A stretch of 64,000 bases of DNA from Eledone cirrhosa (Eukaryota): the NCBI GenBank assembly GCA_964016885.1, contig OZ024741.1:9734001-9798000 (forward strand), read 5' to 3'. A program made the translations under genes and the position numbers. Position 1 is the stretch's first letter. Each line of letters begins with the position of its first letter. Shown here piece after piece: positions 1 through 13,693 of this stretch. The notes under the pieces are model-generated. The model did not search any database. It was not told the DNA's origin and saw nothing but the letters and a program-made list of their open reading frames with translations.

Positions 1-1
1 A

Positions 2-3000
2 GTGCTGCAAACGACTGCTGCTGCTCGCGCACGAGAGGATGAAGGACGACACGCCGTTCCACAAAGCAGGGACGCTGTTGCAACATTCGCTGCTCGCGCA
101 CGAGAGGATGAAGGACGACACGCCGTTCCACAAAGCAGGGACGCTGCTGCAACATTCGCTGCTCGCGCACGAGAGGATGAAGGACGACACGCCGTTCCAC
201 AAAGCAGGGACGCTGCTGCAACATTCGCTGCTCGCGCACGAGAGGATGAAGGACGACGCGCCGTTCGACGAAGCAGGGACGTCACTGCCACTGCTGCTGC
301 ACGAAATACTGAAACCATAGAGCAACGACGTGGCCGACTTCTGCAAAGTGAACAGCGGTGATCATCGTTACGTGGCATTTCTAGGACTTGCAATTCACGA
401 TGGTTGTTGAAGGCCTTTAACTACGAACCCTCCTCCGACTACGCCGTCCATGCAGATATTCAAATTGAGGAAATTACCTCTAATTGCCAGTTTTGTCGTA
501 CAAAAAAGTGGCCAGGGGAGAGAGATGGAATGTGCTGTTCAAACGGTAAAGTTAGACTACCTCCTATTCACGACCCACCAGAGACATTGCAACCCCTTTT
601 GACAGACACGACAGAGGAATCATCGAAGTTTCTGCGTAATATCCGCCGCTACAATTCCGCGTTTCAGATGACATCCTTCGGATCAAAGCTTGCCTCGGAA
701 TGTGGGTTTATGCCAACTTTCAAGGTCCAGGGAAAGATCTACCATTTGATTGGGTCTATTCAGCCTCTGGCAGGAAATGATCCTCAATTTCTTCAGTTAT
801 ACTTCGTTGGAAACCATCAGGAGCAGGCAGAGATGCGAAACACTATTTCGTCCGAAACTAACATTGTAACCATAATAAAACTTCAAGAAATACTTCATGA
901 CAAAAACAGCTATGTTCGCAGTTTCAAGTACGCTTTCGAAACAGCCACCGACCAAAACTTTAGTGTGGTCATACATGCTGACAGAAGGCCATCTGGAGAA
1001 CACGCTGGTCGGTTCAACGCACCAACACGTAATGAGATTGCTGCGGTTAGTTGTGGTGAACAGCACAACAAGAGAGATATCATTCTAAAGCACCGAGACA
1101 TCACATTATAGTGTATCAATGAGACAGACAGGTCCTACGATGCACTCCAGTATCCATTGCTATTTGTCAACGGCGAGGACGGATACCATTTCGGCATTCC
1201 TCAACATTCGGCAGGCAATGGTGAGGCACATTTTAGCAAAATTGTCACTTGCATGGATTTCTACGCTTTCCGATTTATGGTAAGGGACAATTCATTCAAC
1301 CATCTACACCGTTCTCGTGACCTTTTCCAAAATTTGCTGTTGATATGGCCGTTAAAATGGAGTCCGAGAGATTATGGTTCATTAAATTAAAAGAAACTTC
1401 GATCTGAATGCTACATTCATCTACGCGATGGAATCAACAACGACATATCCCCAGACAATTTAGGGCAAGTGTGTATTTTGCCTTCAACATTCACAGGGGA
1501 ACCCGATACACGCACGAGAGGACTCAGGACAGCATGACTTACGTACGACATTATGGGCGCCCCGACCTTTTCATAACGTTTACATGCAATCCCAAGTGGA
1601 AGAAGATTACAAACGAACTGTTCCACGGTCAAGCGCCAAGACAGTGGCACGATCTCATAGCAAGAGTGTTTCGCCTGAAATTATCCAAATTAATGGATTT
1701 ATTAAAGAAAGGACAGGTTTTGGGGCCTGTCAGGTGCGACATGTACACGGTTGAATGGCAGAAACGAGGGCTGCCGCATGCCCATATCTTGATTTGGTTG
1801 GTTACAAAAATCAGTTCAAACTACATCGACAAATTCATTTCTGCCGAACTATCTGATCCCTCGATTGACAAGGACCTCTTCTCTATAGTCACATCAAACA
1901 TGGTCCATGGTCCTTGCAGACATGGACTCAATATGAAGTCCCCGTGCATACACGACGGAAAGTGTACAAAACGATATCCCAGGCCGTTTTTACAGGAAAC
2001 ACAGACTGGCGGTGACGGATATCCGTTGTATAGGCGCAGGAGACCTGAAGACGGTGGGTTCACAGCAAAAGTTGGTGAACGCGAAATCGACAACAGCTGG
2101 ATAGTGCCATATTGCCCCCTCCTCTTGAAAGCGTTCAACGTCCATATAAACGTCGAATTTTGCTACTCAGTAAAATCTATTAAATACGTTTGTAAGTACG
2201 TAAACAAGGGATCGGATGCTGCCGTCTTTGGTCTTCCTCATGAAAACAGTAGAGACGAGGTATCTGACTATCAAGCAGTCCGATACATTAGCAACAATGA
2301 AGCCTTTTGGCGCGTTTTTAGCTTCCCACTGCACCAACGACACCCCGTCATTAAACAACTTGCCTTTCACCTTGAAAACGTTCAACGGGTGTATTTCAAC
2401 GATGGAACAGCTGCTCAGCTAGCGATCTCACCAAAGGAAACTACACTCACCGCTTTTTTCAAACTTTGTCAATACGACGACTTCGCTCGAAATCTGCTGT
2501 ATTCTGAAATACCGTCTTACTATACATGGAACCGGAGAAAATGGCTACGAAGGAAGGTAGGACAAGAGGTGGTTGGACATCCAGGCATCAAATTCGACAA
2601 TTGCCTTGGGCGAGTTTATACGGTCCACCCTACCCAACACAAATGCTTCTACCTGCGGCTTCTGCTTCATGAGGTAAGAGGGCCGACCAGCTTCACTCAT
2701 CTGAGAACCGTACAGGGAAGCCTGCTTGAGGCGTGGACTTTTAGAAGATGACGCACAATGGGATGCAACCTTGACGGAAGCTGCCATCTCACAATCATCC
2801 CGTAGTCTAAGAGCACTTTTTGCTATCCTCTTGTACATCTGTGAATTGAGCGATCCTTACTCTTTATGGCAAAAGTTTAAAGATGATTTCGCAGACGAAT
2901 ATAGGCGTCTCGCTCAATTGCAATCTCCAAACTTAGATGTCGGCTTTTCAGACGCTATATATAACAGAGCTCTGATCGATATTGAAGACAGAGTGGCTTC

Positions 3001-4480
3001 AATCGGCGGAGATGTCTTGGAGAAATATGGGCTTCCGCAAACACTTCGAGATGCGCCATCTGACATTCCCAACGACATTATACGTGAAACGTCATATGAT
3101 GTCGACCAACTCAAAAGGTATGTTGAAGAGAATGAACTAAAACTTCTAATGGATCAAAAACAAGCCTACAACATTGTCGTTGATTCCATCCGTAATCGGG
3201 GAGGGGGTATATTCTTCCTGGACGCACCTGGAGGCACGGGAAAAACATTTGTAATCAAACTTTTACTCGCTGCAGTGAGGCAACACGGAAACATCGCATT
3301 GGCCGTGTCTTCTTCCGGCATTGCAGCAACTTTTCTGCCTGGTGGCAGGACAGCCCATTCTGCATTCAGTCTTCCTCTCAACGTGGCATCATCTGAGACA
3401 CCCACGTGCAGCATCAGCAAGTCTTCCGGAAAAGCACTGGTGTTAAAGCGCTGCTTACTAATTGTTTGGGACGAATGCACAATGGCCTACAGGGTGGCTT
3501 TCGAGGCATTAGACCGATCACTCAGAGACATCAGGGACTGTCAAGAACCAATGGGAGGTGTAACTTTCCTGTTATCTGGGGACTTCTGACAGACTCTGCC
3601 TGTAATCCCAAAAGGTACGCGGGCTGATGAGGTTGGTGTATGCCTTAAGGCCTCCCCACTTTGGCGTTATGTAAGAAAGCTGACACAACAAACATGAGAG
3701 CACAACTGCAAGGTGATGAGACATCAGCCCGTTTTGCTGCTGCCATTTTGTTGTTGGGAGATCCCACTCTACGGAGATGGTGCAGCGGACCTCACAGGGA
3801 TTTGCAGATGCGTTAAATCAATTGCTGAGTTACAGACGTCTGTTTTTCCTAATCTTGAGGAGAACTACACAAATCAAGAGTGGTTGTGTGAAAGTGCAAT
3901 ATTGGCTTCGAAAAACCACATAGTTGGAAACATCAATGAACAGCTCCTGCTGTGCTTGCCTGGAAACCTGCACGTCTACAAGTCCCTTGACTCTATGGCT
4001 GATCCGGACGAAGTTGTTAATTACCCCACAGAATTTCTTAACTCCCTAGACCCTCCCGGATTGCCACCACACTTACTGCGACTTAAGAAAGGTGCCCCTG
4101 TAATGCTCCTCAGAAATTTGGAACCCCGAAGGCTTTCCAACGGCACGTGTCTGGTCGTCCAAAAGTCGATGCTTCATGTTATTGAGGCAACAATACTTAC
4201 AGGATGTGGTAAGGGGATACTGTCTTCATACCAAGGATACCTCTCATTCCATCCGGTAAAGACATTCCTTCCACATTCAGAAGGCTACAATTTCCTCTCC
4301 GGCCCAGTTTCACCATGTCGATTAACAAATCACAGGGTTAAACGCTGACGATTGTAGGGCTTAATTAATCTCCCATGGTCAACTATATGTTGGCTTCTCT
4401 CGAGTGGGGAGCCGACATAACCTATCTGCTTTTTCAGCTCGCAAGAAAACCCCAAATATAGTCCATAAGTAAGTTTTGTA
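2..4480 (+). pseudogene. Helitron RepHel (HUH Rep endonuclease + PIF1-type SF1 helicase), broken by stops and frameshifts
   Basis: Motifs seen: CCSNGKV zinc motif; Rep motifs PDLFITFTCNPKW, VEWQKRGLPHAHIL (HUH) and KYVCKYVNKG; helicase LDAPGGTGKTF (Walker A), IVWDECTM, SGDF and PVMLLRNL. Split over ORFs 404-1111, 1157-1390, 1408-2751, 2726-3589 and 3713-4348. Confidence 0.95.
20..295 (+). repeat. 69-bp coding tandem repeat (about 4 units, 23 aa AARAREDEGRHAVPQSRDAAATF) in the RepHel N-terminus
   Basis: Unit starts at 20 and 89 and continues in frame in ORF 2-361. Confidence 0.9.
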
Positions 4481-5145
4481 GGCACCCCATCCGCCAACAA
4501 ATAATCGCTGGTTTTTTTTGTATTTTTTTTGTATAAGCGCTTACATTTGCTGTATCCGTGTGCTATTTTTGCCCTTTTGAAAATACCACATACGCCTCTG
4601 AGGTTACTTTTGCTCTACCTTATAAATGTTCAATGTCTCCGTTTTCCGCATTTATATGTTGTTATTCCGTAGTTTTAACCTAATTAATCTACTTTTCCCT
4701 ACATCTTATTTACACATTTTTTTGACATTCCAGCGTGATCTTGCCAAGGGCATTTTTGTGGCCACCGACTGTTACATGCTTTTCTATGTTACAATCTCAA
4801 ATAACAAGCAAAGCAAATACGACACACCAAAGTGGTGTGAAGGACTTCTTAAGGGCCACCACCTCTAATCGGAGTCGTCTTTGCTGACAGCTTTTGAGAC
4901 TTTTAAGAGTGAACGATCCAAGGCTCTCTTTAGGGCCACCAACTTTAAATTGTTACCATCGGATTCATCTTTGCTGGCAGCACTGCCGCAGAGATATTTC
5001 AAAGTGAACGTTCAAAGGCCATCTTTAGGGCCAACACCTATAAATTGTTACTTCTATACTCGTGTTTAACGGAAGTCTTTCGGTTCATTTGAACGACTAC
5101 TCCATTGAGAATTATACCGGGCAACGCCGGGTACCTCGGCTAGTA

Positions 5146-5338
5146 TTTAATATAGAACAGCTTCTACAGGACTAGAACTGTTTCATTCGTGAAAAATCCT
5201 CACAAAGCTTTCTGATGATTTCTCACGAATGAAACAGTTCTAGTCCTGTAGAAGCTTTTCTATATTAAACATTTATACTCTGCTTTGTATTGAGTACTTT
5301 ATTTACTGTGGTTACACCGATTGAACCCGGGATGACTT
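5146..5338 (+). mobile_element. Hairpin HHR mini-element, family A (PLE-derived, inferred)
   Basis: Inverted arms at about 5146-5198 and 5217-5269, then a 3' tail running into (TA)n. Related copies at 29581-29625, 31404-31597 and 63833-63963. Confidence 0.8.
5204..5258 (+). ncRNA. Type I hammerhead ribozyme (family A)
   Basis: aaagcttt-CTGATGA-t ttc tcac gaa t-GAAA-cag ttctagtc ctg-TA-gaagcttt. Confidence 0.8.
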
Positions 5339-5455
5339 ATATATATATATATATATATATATTCTGCGGTCATATAATCGCCCAATGAAAGAATTGAAAC
5401 TAAAGACCCAGGACGTCAGCGGACATAGTTTAGAGAATACTATATATTCTAAGGG

Positions 5456-5552
5456 GTTCTAGTGTGTAGCAGAACATGGAGAAATACACAATCTTGACAA
5501 GGGGCAAAGACCCCGAAACAATTGTCGATGGTTCCCTCTGCTACGCTAGAAC
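5456..5552 (+). ncRNA. Type I hammerhead ribozyme, U3-A8 core variant, with extended stem I
   Basis: atc-TTGACAA-gggg caaaga cccc-GAAA-caattg-TC-gat. Distal pairings are gttctag/ctagaac and gtagcaga/tctgctac. Confidence 0.75.
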
Positions 5553-5667
5553 AAGAAGATGACGTTTCTCGTCTAAAACACGGCGTTGTGAGACTGTTTG
5601 CTTGCAAATGAATCAAATATTAATAATATTATTAAAATATTATTATTTCGATAGAAAACTCACGGAT

Positions 5668-5735
<68 letters not shown>

Positions 5736-5807
5736 ACACACACACACCCACACACACACCCCCACACACACACACATATATATATATTTATATATATATA
5801 TATATAT

Positions 5808-5869
<62 letters not shown>

Positions 5870-5976
5870 GTACATCTACCAACATATGTGTACAGATGTA
5901 CACCTATGCTAGCAAATATATATGTTATGTCTTAGTACCTTTGTGGTTCTATGCAGGGGGATGCAGAACAATTATA

Positions 5977-6500
5977 TGAAAGACGTAAAATAAGAAAATT
6001 TTAAAAATTAAAAATCAACTTACTTACTAAAATTTTCACTCCAACTAATTAGTTTCTGTAAGGGGATAAATATAGTTACGTAATATAACTATAGAGAATT
6101 CCTTACGTCATCAGGGAGTCTATTCTCAGCTAAGTTCCCAGGCGATGCGCGGACACTAGGAACCCATATAAAAATAATAATTCAGTGGATGGAATAAAGC
6201 TAGCGAGGACTAAATTCCAGAGCACTGAATCAATCACGTGACACTGAGGTTAATCAGTTAGGAGCGGGGTGGTATTATGACAAGAGCCTACTACTACCAT
6301 GAATCAGCAGTAAATTTTGGCAAATTTTGCTCAACAAATAATTTGGAGATAAATATAGAGAATTATGATGACGTAAGGAATTCTCTATAGTTATATTACG
6401 TAACTATATTTATCCCCTTACAGAAACTAATTAGTTGGAGTGAAAATTTAGTAAGTAAGTTGATTTTTAATTTTTAAAATTTTCTTATTTTACGTCTTTC

Positions 6501-6502
<2 letters not shown>
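5977..6502. mobile_element. Inverted-repeat HHR element (about 135-bp arms) ending in (TA)n
   Basis: 5977-6113 is the reverse complement of 6366-6502. The right arm begins at TGATGA. Confidence 0.85.
6038..6119 (-). ncRNA. Type I hammerhead ribozyme with enlarged stem II
   Basis: Minus strand: actcc-CTGATGA-c gtaagg...ccttac a-GAAA-ctaattag-TT-ggagt. Confidence 0.8.
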
Positions 6503-6566
<64 letters not shown>

Positions 6567-6965
6567 TATAAATCGAAGCTGTAGTCGCATTACACCAGAT
6601 ACCAATCAAATTGTTGGAGGCGGTCACAAAGCACTCAATGATGCGATAAGTTAATACATTTTCCTCCAGGGTGAATACAATGTTAAGATAATGTGACACC
6701 AAGTAAAACACGACCAATCTCATCAATATATACAAACAGATAGGAGAGCTGCTTTCAGGTTTATATGTATATATGTATATATGCATGTATATATATTTGT
6801 GTGTATGTATGTATGTATATATGTATATATATACGTATGTTTGTATGTATGTATGTGTGTCTATATGCAAGTATATATATATATTTATATATGTGTATAT
6901 ATATATATAGAATACACACACACATGTTTATATATATACATATATTTATATACACACACAGACAC

Positions 6966-7080
<115 letters not shown>

Positions 7081-7789
7081 AAAAAACCCCCAAAGCAGTA
7101 AAGATATTGAAGTAATCAATATGTTAATAAAGGTAATTAATTGATAATCAATATTTTCTTTGCCATAAATATAGTTTTCGGTGGAATGGTAATGATAAGT
7201 GACATGGTAATTCTCCATTTATAAATATAGAGTGAGGTGGTGATAGAGAGGGAGGAGGTGGAGATGGGGGGGGGGGTAGGGAGAGAGAGAGAGAGAGTTA
7301 GGTGGAGAGAGAGAGAGAGTTAGAGGGTTAGGGAGAGTGAGGGAGAATATGTGTGTCTACACGTGTATATACGTGTGTGTGTACGTGCTTGTGTGTGTAC
7401 GTGCTTGTGTGTGTGTGTGCTTGTGTGTATGTGTGTGTGATTGTGTGTGTGTGTGTGCTTGTGTGTGTGTGTGTGCGTGTGTGTGTGTGCTTGTGTGTGT
7501 GTGTGCCTGTGTGTGTACGTGCTTGTGTGTGTGTGTGCTTGTGTGTGTGTGTGCTTGCGTGTGTCTGTGCTTATGTGTGTGTGAGCTTGTGTGTGTGTGT
7601 GTGCTTGTGTGTGTGTGTGCCTCTGTGTGTATGTGTGTGTGCCTGTGTCTGTGTGCTTGTATGTGTGTGTGTGTGCCTGTGTGTGTGTGTGTGCTTGTGT
7701 ATGTGTGTGAGTGTGTGCCTGTGTGTGTGAGAGAAAGACTGGTGGAGATAGATCTGTGGAATTTGCTGTTTATCTTCAGCAGACCCAAC

Positions 7790-8400
7790 ACACGTATAGA
7801 CATATTCATACATATATACACACACGTGTAGACATATTCATACATATATACACACACGTGTAGACATATTCATACATATATACACACACGTGTAGACATA
7901 TTCATACATATATACACACACGTGTAGACATATTCATACATATATACACACACGTGTAGACATATACATACATATATACACACACGTGTAGACATATTCA
8001 TACATATATACACACACGTGTAGACATATTCATACATATATACACACACGTGTAAACATATACATACATATGTACACACGTATAGACATATACATACATA
8101 TATACACACGTATAGACATATACATACATATATACACACACGTGTAGACATATACATACATATATAGACACACGTGTAGACATATTCATACATATATACA
8201 CACACGTGTAGACATATTCATACATATATACACACACGTGTAGACATATTCATACATATATACACACACGTGTAGACATATACATACATATATAGACACA
8301 CGTATAGACATATACATACATATATACACACACGTGTAGACATATACATACATATATACACACACGTGTAGACATAAACATACATATACACCCACACGTA
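7790..8400. repeat. About 32-bp minisatellite (cacacacgtgtagacatattcatacatatata)n
   Basis: Directly visible tandem units. Confidence 0.9.
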
Positions 8401-8587
8401 GAGACATATACATACACATATACACACACGCACACACACACATACATACAGACATATACGTGTGGAAACATATACTAACATATGTACAGACACTTAAACA
8501 CACACACACGCAAACATATAGACATACATGCGTAGAGACATATACTCACACACACACATATATATGTATGTATATATATATATATAT

Positions 8588-8636
<49 letters not shown>

Positions 8637-8653
8637 TACATATATACATATAT

Positions 8654-8776
<123 letters not shown>

Positions 8777-9199
8777 CGTATATATATATATATATACCCC
8801 CCCCCCACACTCTCAAGAGCGTGAAACTAATAAACCTTTGTTCGTACTGCCTCTCTGTTTTGTTCCCGTTCAATTTTTTACTATTTATATATATATATAC
8901 ACAAACACTTAAACACACATACAGATTTACATATATACATACACGCGTTGAGCATATACTCACATATATATAGCAACACTTAAACACACACACAGACCTA
9001 CATATACACACACACAATGATATAGAGAAACACATGTCTTACAAATCCATTAGTCTTGTTGCTGCCATCTTTGACACTTTGGAGAAGAGAAACGATTTGA
9101 CAGAATTTCTAATTCAATTCTATAGTATTGGAATATTACGAATGGCATAGCTACTCCGTTGAATGTTATCATAGCTACACCAACTTTCAATTAGCTGAC

Positions 9200-9287
9200 T
9201 AACAAACACACACAACACACACAGTCACACACACATACACACACACGTACACACAGACACACGCATACACAGACACACACACACACA

Positions 9288-9324
<37 letters not shown>

Positions 9325-9608
9325 ACGCACACATACACACACATACACACGCACACAGATATACACACACACACACACACACACGTACACAGACACACAC
9401 ACACACAGACAGACACACACACACACATACACACCCACATACACACACACACACACAGACACACACATACATGCACACACACATATACACACACAGACAC
9501 ACACACACATACATACACACATACACACAGACACACACACATACACACACACATACACACACACACATACACACAGACACACAGTCACACACAGACACAC
9601 ACACACAT

Positions 9609-9639
<31 letters not shown>

Positions 9640-9840
9640 TACACACAGACACACATACACACACACAGACCCACACACATACACACACACATACACACAC
9701 ACATACACACACACATACAAACACACAGACACACACACACACACACACAGGCACACACACACATACACACACACACGCACCCATACACACAGACACACAC
9801 ACACATATACACATATACACATATACAGACAGACACAGAC
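9200..9840. repeat. Degenerate (CA)n microsatellite
   Basis: Direct sequence. Similar tracts at 5668-5775, 6950-7048, 7350-7730, 49335-50100, 62178-62365 and 63497-63820. Confidence 0.95.
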
Positions 9841-9987
9841 ACAGTACACAGGCATATGTATTCGGGCATATTTATATATGTATGTTTATAGATGAATATT
9901 TATATAATATATATGTATATATATATATGTTGTTTAGACATTACCTTACTCACAAGTGTCTTTTTTAAGCTTCATATCATGTCTCCC

Positions 9988-10058
9988 TATTTTATCTGAT
10001 GAGAACGCAAATATCGTCCCTGGATGATATTTGTTTTTGAAATGCGCATAATAAAATA
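9988..10058 (+). ncRNA. Type I hammerhead ribozyme with long stem II
   Basis: tattttat-CTGATGA-gaacgcaaatatcgtcc ct ggatgatatttgttttt-GAAA-tgcgca-TA-ataaaata. A core-truncated relative lies on the minus strand at 33926-33983. Confidence 0.85.
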
Positions 10059-10093
10059 CATGGACATTTTTTAACCATCTTTTAATTTCTTCT

Positions 10094-10155
<62 letters not shown>

Positions 10156-10335
10156 TATTCCCCCCTCACACACACACACCTATATATATATGTATATTCT
10201 CCCCACCCCATATATATGTATCTGTATAATATATATATATGCACCTGAGCAATGTAGACAATAATTTTCATTATATATATATATATATATATCAATGATA
10301 TTAATAAATGGAAACTATATTTATAAAACCATATT

Positions 10336-10396
10336 TATTCTATTATATATATTTCAAGGGTACCAAAACTTTGGTACGCTCTCATCAGATAAAATA
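10336..10396 (-). ncRNA. Type I hammerhead ribozyme
   Basis: Minus strand: tattttat-CTGATGA-gagcgtaccaaa gt tttggtaccctt-GAAA-tatata-TA-atagaata. Confidence 0.85.
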
Positions 10397-10436
10397 CAAT
10401 GTTTGTTTTATAAATATTGACATAACCAGGAAGAAG

Positions 10437-10691
10437 ATCTTAACGGTTCAAGTTTTTCCTGGAAAAACTTGAACCGTTAAGATTTCATCAGACAGCTTCT
10501 TACATAATAAGGTTACTTTCTAGAGGCAATTCAAATTAAAACGACAAGGGAACGGACAAAAATGATGTTCTTGAAGCCTTCACCCGTTTTCTTGGTAGTC
10601 TTCAAGAACATCATCTTTGTCCGTTCCCTTGTCGTTTTAATTTGAATTGCCTCTAGAAAGTAACCTTATTATGAAAGAAGCTGTCTGATGA
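10437..10691. repeat. Two adjacent palindromes: 10437-10483 (perfect 23-bp arms) and 10485-10691 (about 92-bp arms ending in CTGATGA)
   Basis: Arms are reverse-complementary by direct reading. Confidence 0.85.
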
Positions 10692-11092
10692 GATCATGGC
10701 ACTGATTAGGCGGAATCATGTGGCCACGGACGTCATTGAAATATGTATCACAGCTTAATCCATACATATATCGTCATCTCGGGAATTTTAGCCCCCCTAG
10801 ACAGATAGATATCGTAGTGATCAACTATTATCAGAGCTATCTGAATGCGACAACTATATTTTAAAATTTCAAATTTCTCAACGCTTTATATATCAAATTA
10901 TAGTTTATATGATGCATGGCCTCCTAACTCCAAAGGGGCGCTGTGTTAACTGACAGCATTTCTAGGGTAATTTTAAAACCTAACGGAGTCCCTCTCTCTC
11001 CAGGCTTGAATACAGCAGATTTCTTCCAGAGAAGGATAGACAGAGTGAGAGAATGGAAGTGAGAAAAAGATATAGAGGATGAATCAACCACA

Positions 11093-11172
11093 GTACTTCG
11101 CTGCTAGTTTATTATTATTGATCTTAAATGAAAGAAGGGCAAAGCTGACCTCGGAGTGATTTGAACTCAGAG
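11093..11172 (-). mobile_element. tRNA-derived SINE fragment (family 1)
   Basis: Reverse complement of gagttcaaat...gaggtcagctttgccc, matching the other copies. Confidence 0.65.
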
Positions 11173-11269
11173 AACATTTTTTGTAAGAAAATGATGATTG
11201 GTTTTTAAATCAGTTATATAATTTATGGAGAAAAACTCCATTAGGCTGTCTTAATATTATTGAAATTAG

Positions 11270-11537
11270 CTGAAATTTTGTGAAGAGGCAACATATCTTG
11301 TCATTTACCTATGGTTTAAATTTCATATAAATCGAAGGGAAAACATTTTCAGCGGGGGTTTGTGCCTCTGGGTAACCCTCTGATTAAAATAAAATATACT
11401 TATCCAAGTACCCTGGGCAATGTAGTTTCAGAATATATATGGTTATTGGGGTTTATCTCCAAAACCATAGGAGTTCGTGAACAAACAAAGAGACAAAGAG
11501 ACAAAGAGACAGAAACTACAGCTTTATATATATAAGA
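11270..11537 (-). mobile_element. Non-autonomous Helitron-like 5' portion
   Basis: Minus strand starts TCttatatatataaagctg, followed by a short tandem repeat (agagacaa). This resembles the end at 17142. The 3' end was not identified. Confidence 0.45.
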
Positions 11538-12419
11538 TTTATTATAATATACCGATATAACTTAGCTTCTATCACGATTTAACTATTGCCCCATAAAATA
11601 ATGTGACTAAGACCAATATGTATAGGGGAGATAATTAGCAATAAACTATTAGTATTTAAAGAAATTTGGTTGGAGATTGGTATATAGATTTGTTTGTAGT
11701 CAACGGGGTTTGTAATAGCTATGTAATGCTCTGATAGTCCTTGGTTAATGGTTTTGTTATGCCAGGTCGCTCGTAAGCACAATTGAATGTGTAAAAATGA
11801 TAAATGCATTACACCTATATCGCTTCATATAATTATATGTTTGTGTGGAACGTTGATGACTTTATAAGATCAAAAGAATGCCGCTAACAAGGAAAACGAT
11901 TGATCTAAACAAATATATATAAAGGTAAAAATTGTACACTAAATATGCAAACGCACACACATACACACACACATGTATATATATACACACACACACACAC
12001 ACAGATACACACACACACAGGTATATATATACACACACACACAGCTACACACACACACACACAGTTTCTGAAGATATGATGGAGCCAATATGTATTTTAA
12101 ATTGAGTGGCACTACTTTCAGTGTTTAGCAATTTTTAGACAACTCTATCAGTGAAACAATTGTTAGATTGTAAATAAATCCCCTTTGTTGTACTGTTGAC
12201 CATGTTACTCTCCACCTTTTCAATTGTATTACTCCAAGATAAACTTACATAGGAATACAAGTGAAATAATAAACTCGTCATCTACGTGAACCTCTTGTTG
12301 AGTCAAGCAACGCCGTACGCTAAAACTATCCATAATAAGAAGTATTCACAACCTTAATTGGAATACCTATAACGATATTTTGTTATCCTTAAATATATAT
12401 ATATATAGGTATATATATA

Positions 12420-12489
<70 letters not shown>

Positions 12490-12505
12490 TATATATACAT
12501 ATATA

Positions 12506-12561
<56 letters not shown>

Positions 12562-12687
12562 ATTTAACTGGTTATTTCCCGATCCTCTTCGGGACACCAC
12601 TTTTAATTATATACATAAATGTATATGTTCATACTTATATAAGTATGTATGTATTTATACACACACACATCTCTCTCTCTCTCTAAT

Positions 12688-12802
<115 letters not shown>

Positions 12803-12829
12803 CTGTATATATATATATATATATATATA

Positions 12830-12938
<109 letters not shown>

Positions 12939-13542
12939 CTTTTTTTTATGTAAACAGAGAACAGAAAAAACAAAAAACAAAAGAACGTAGAAGCGAAGAG
13001 GCAGTACAAGTGTTTATATTTTGTTTCACGCTTGAGAGTGTGTGTGTGTGTGTGTGTGGGGGGGGGGGGGGTTATATAGACACAAAGATATATACGCTGT
13101 TATAAGGTGCGTCTCGTAGTTAATGCTGTGGTATATATATTATTGCAAGATGTGGTCTCCCACAGCCCAAAGTCAGCAGCTGGAAGCTGCAAGCCAGTTA
13201 TCCAACATACTTAGAAGGAAGGAAATAGACTCACCAGGCTGGATGTTTTGTGTAATGTTTCACCGCGCGGGTTCACGCCGACCACACCACCAACCTTTCG
13301 CCGACTGTCTTTACCATACCGCTAACCTCAAACCGACTGCCCCCATTGCCAACCTCACAGTGCCAACTCCACCGGTTTAAATAGTCTACCCCCAGTAAAA
13401 CACTCATTAAGCCAGTGCATCATGCTTCAAATCAGTCACCTATCCATTGTTCCTTTTTTCCTCGCTTTCTTTTATAGATCTGTGTTTCGAATTCGAGTGA
13501 TACCATTTGGACTTTAAAATATTCTTCCTTACAGTATATATA

Positions 13543-13603
13543 TATGGTCTTCTAAATGTTTTTAATTAAACATACGGTATGTTGCCAAATATACTATACA
13601 TAC

Positions 13604-13693
<90 letters not shown>

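Larger units (their letters stand above)
1..5143 (+). mobile_element. Autonomous-type Helitron, decayed; 5' end lies outside the window
   Basis: Contains RepHel coding remnants. The 3' terminal hairpin taccgggc-aac-gccgggta (5115-5133) is followed by CTAG (5140-5143) and then T. Confidence 0.95.
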
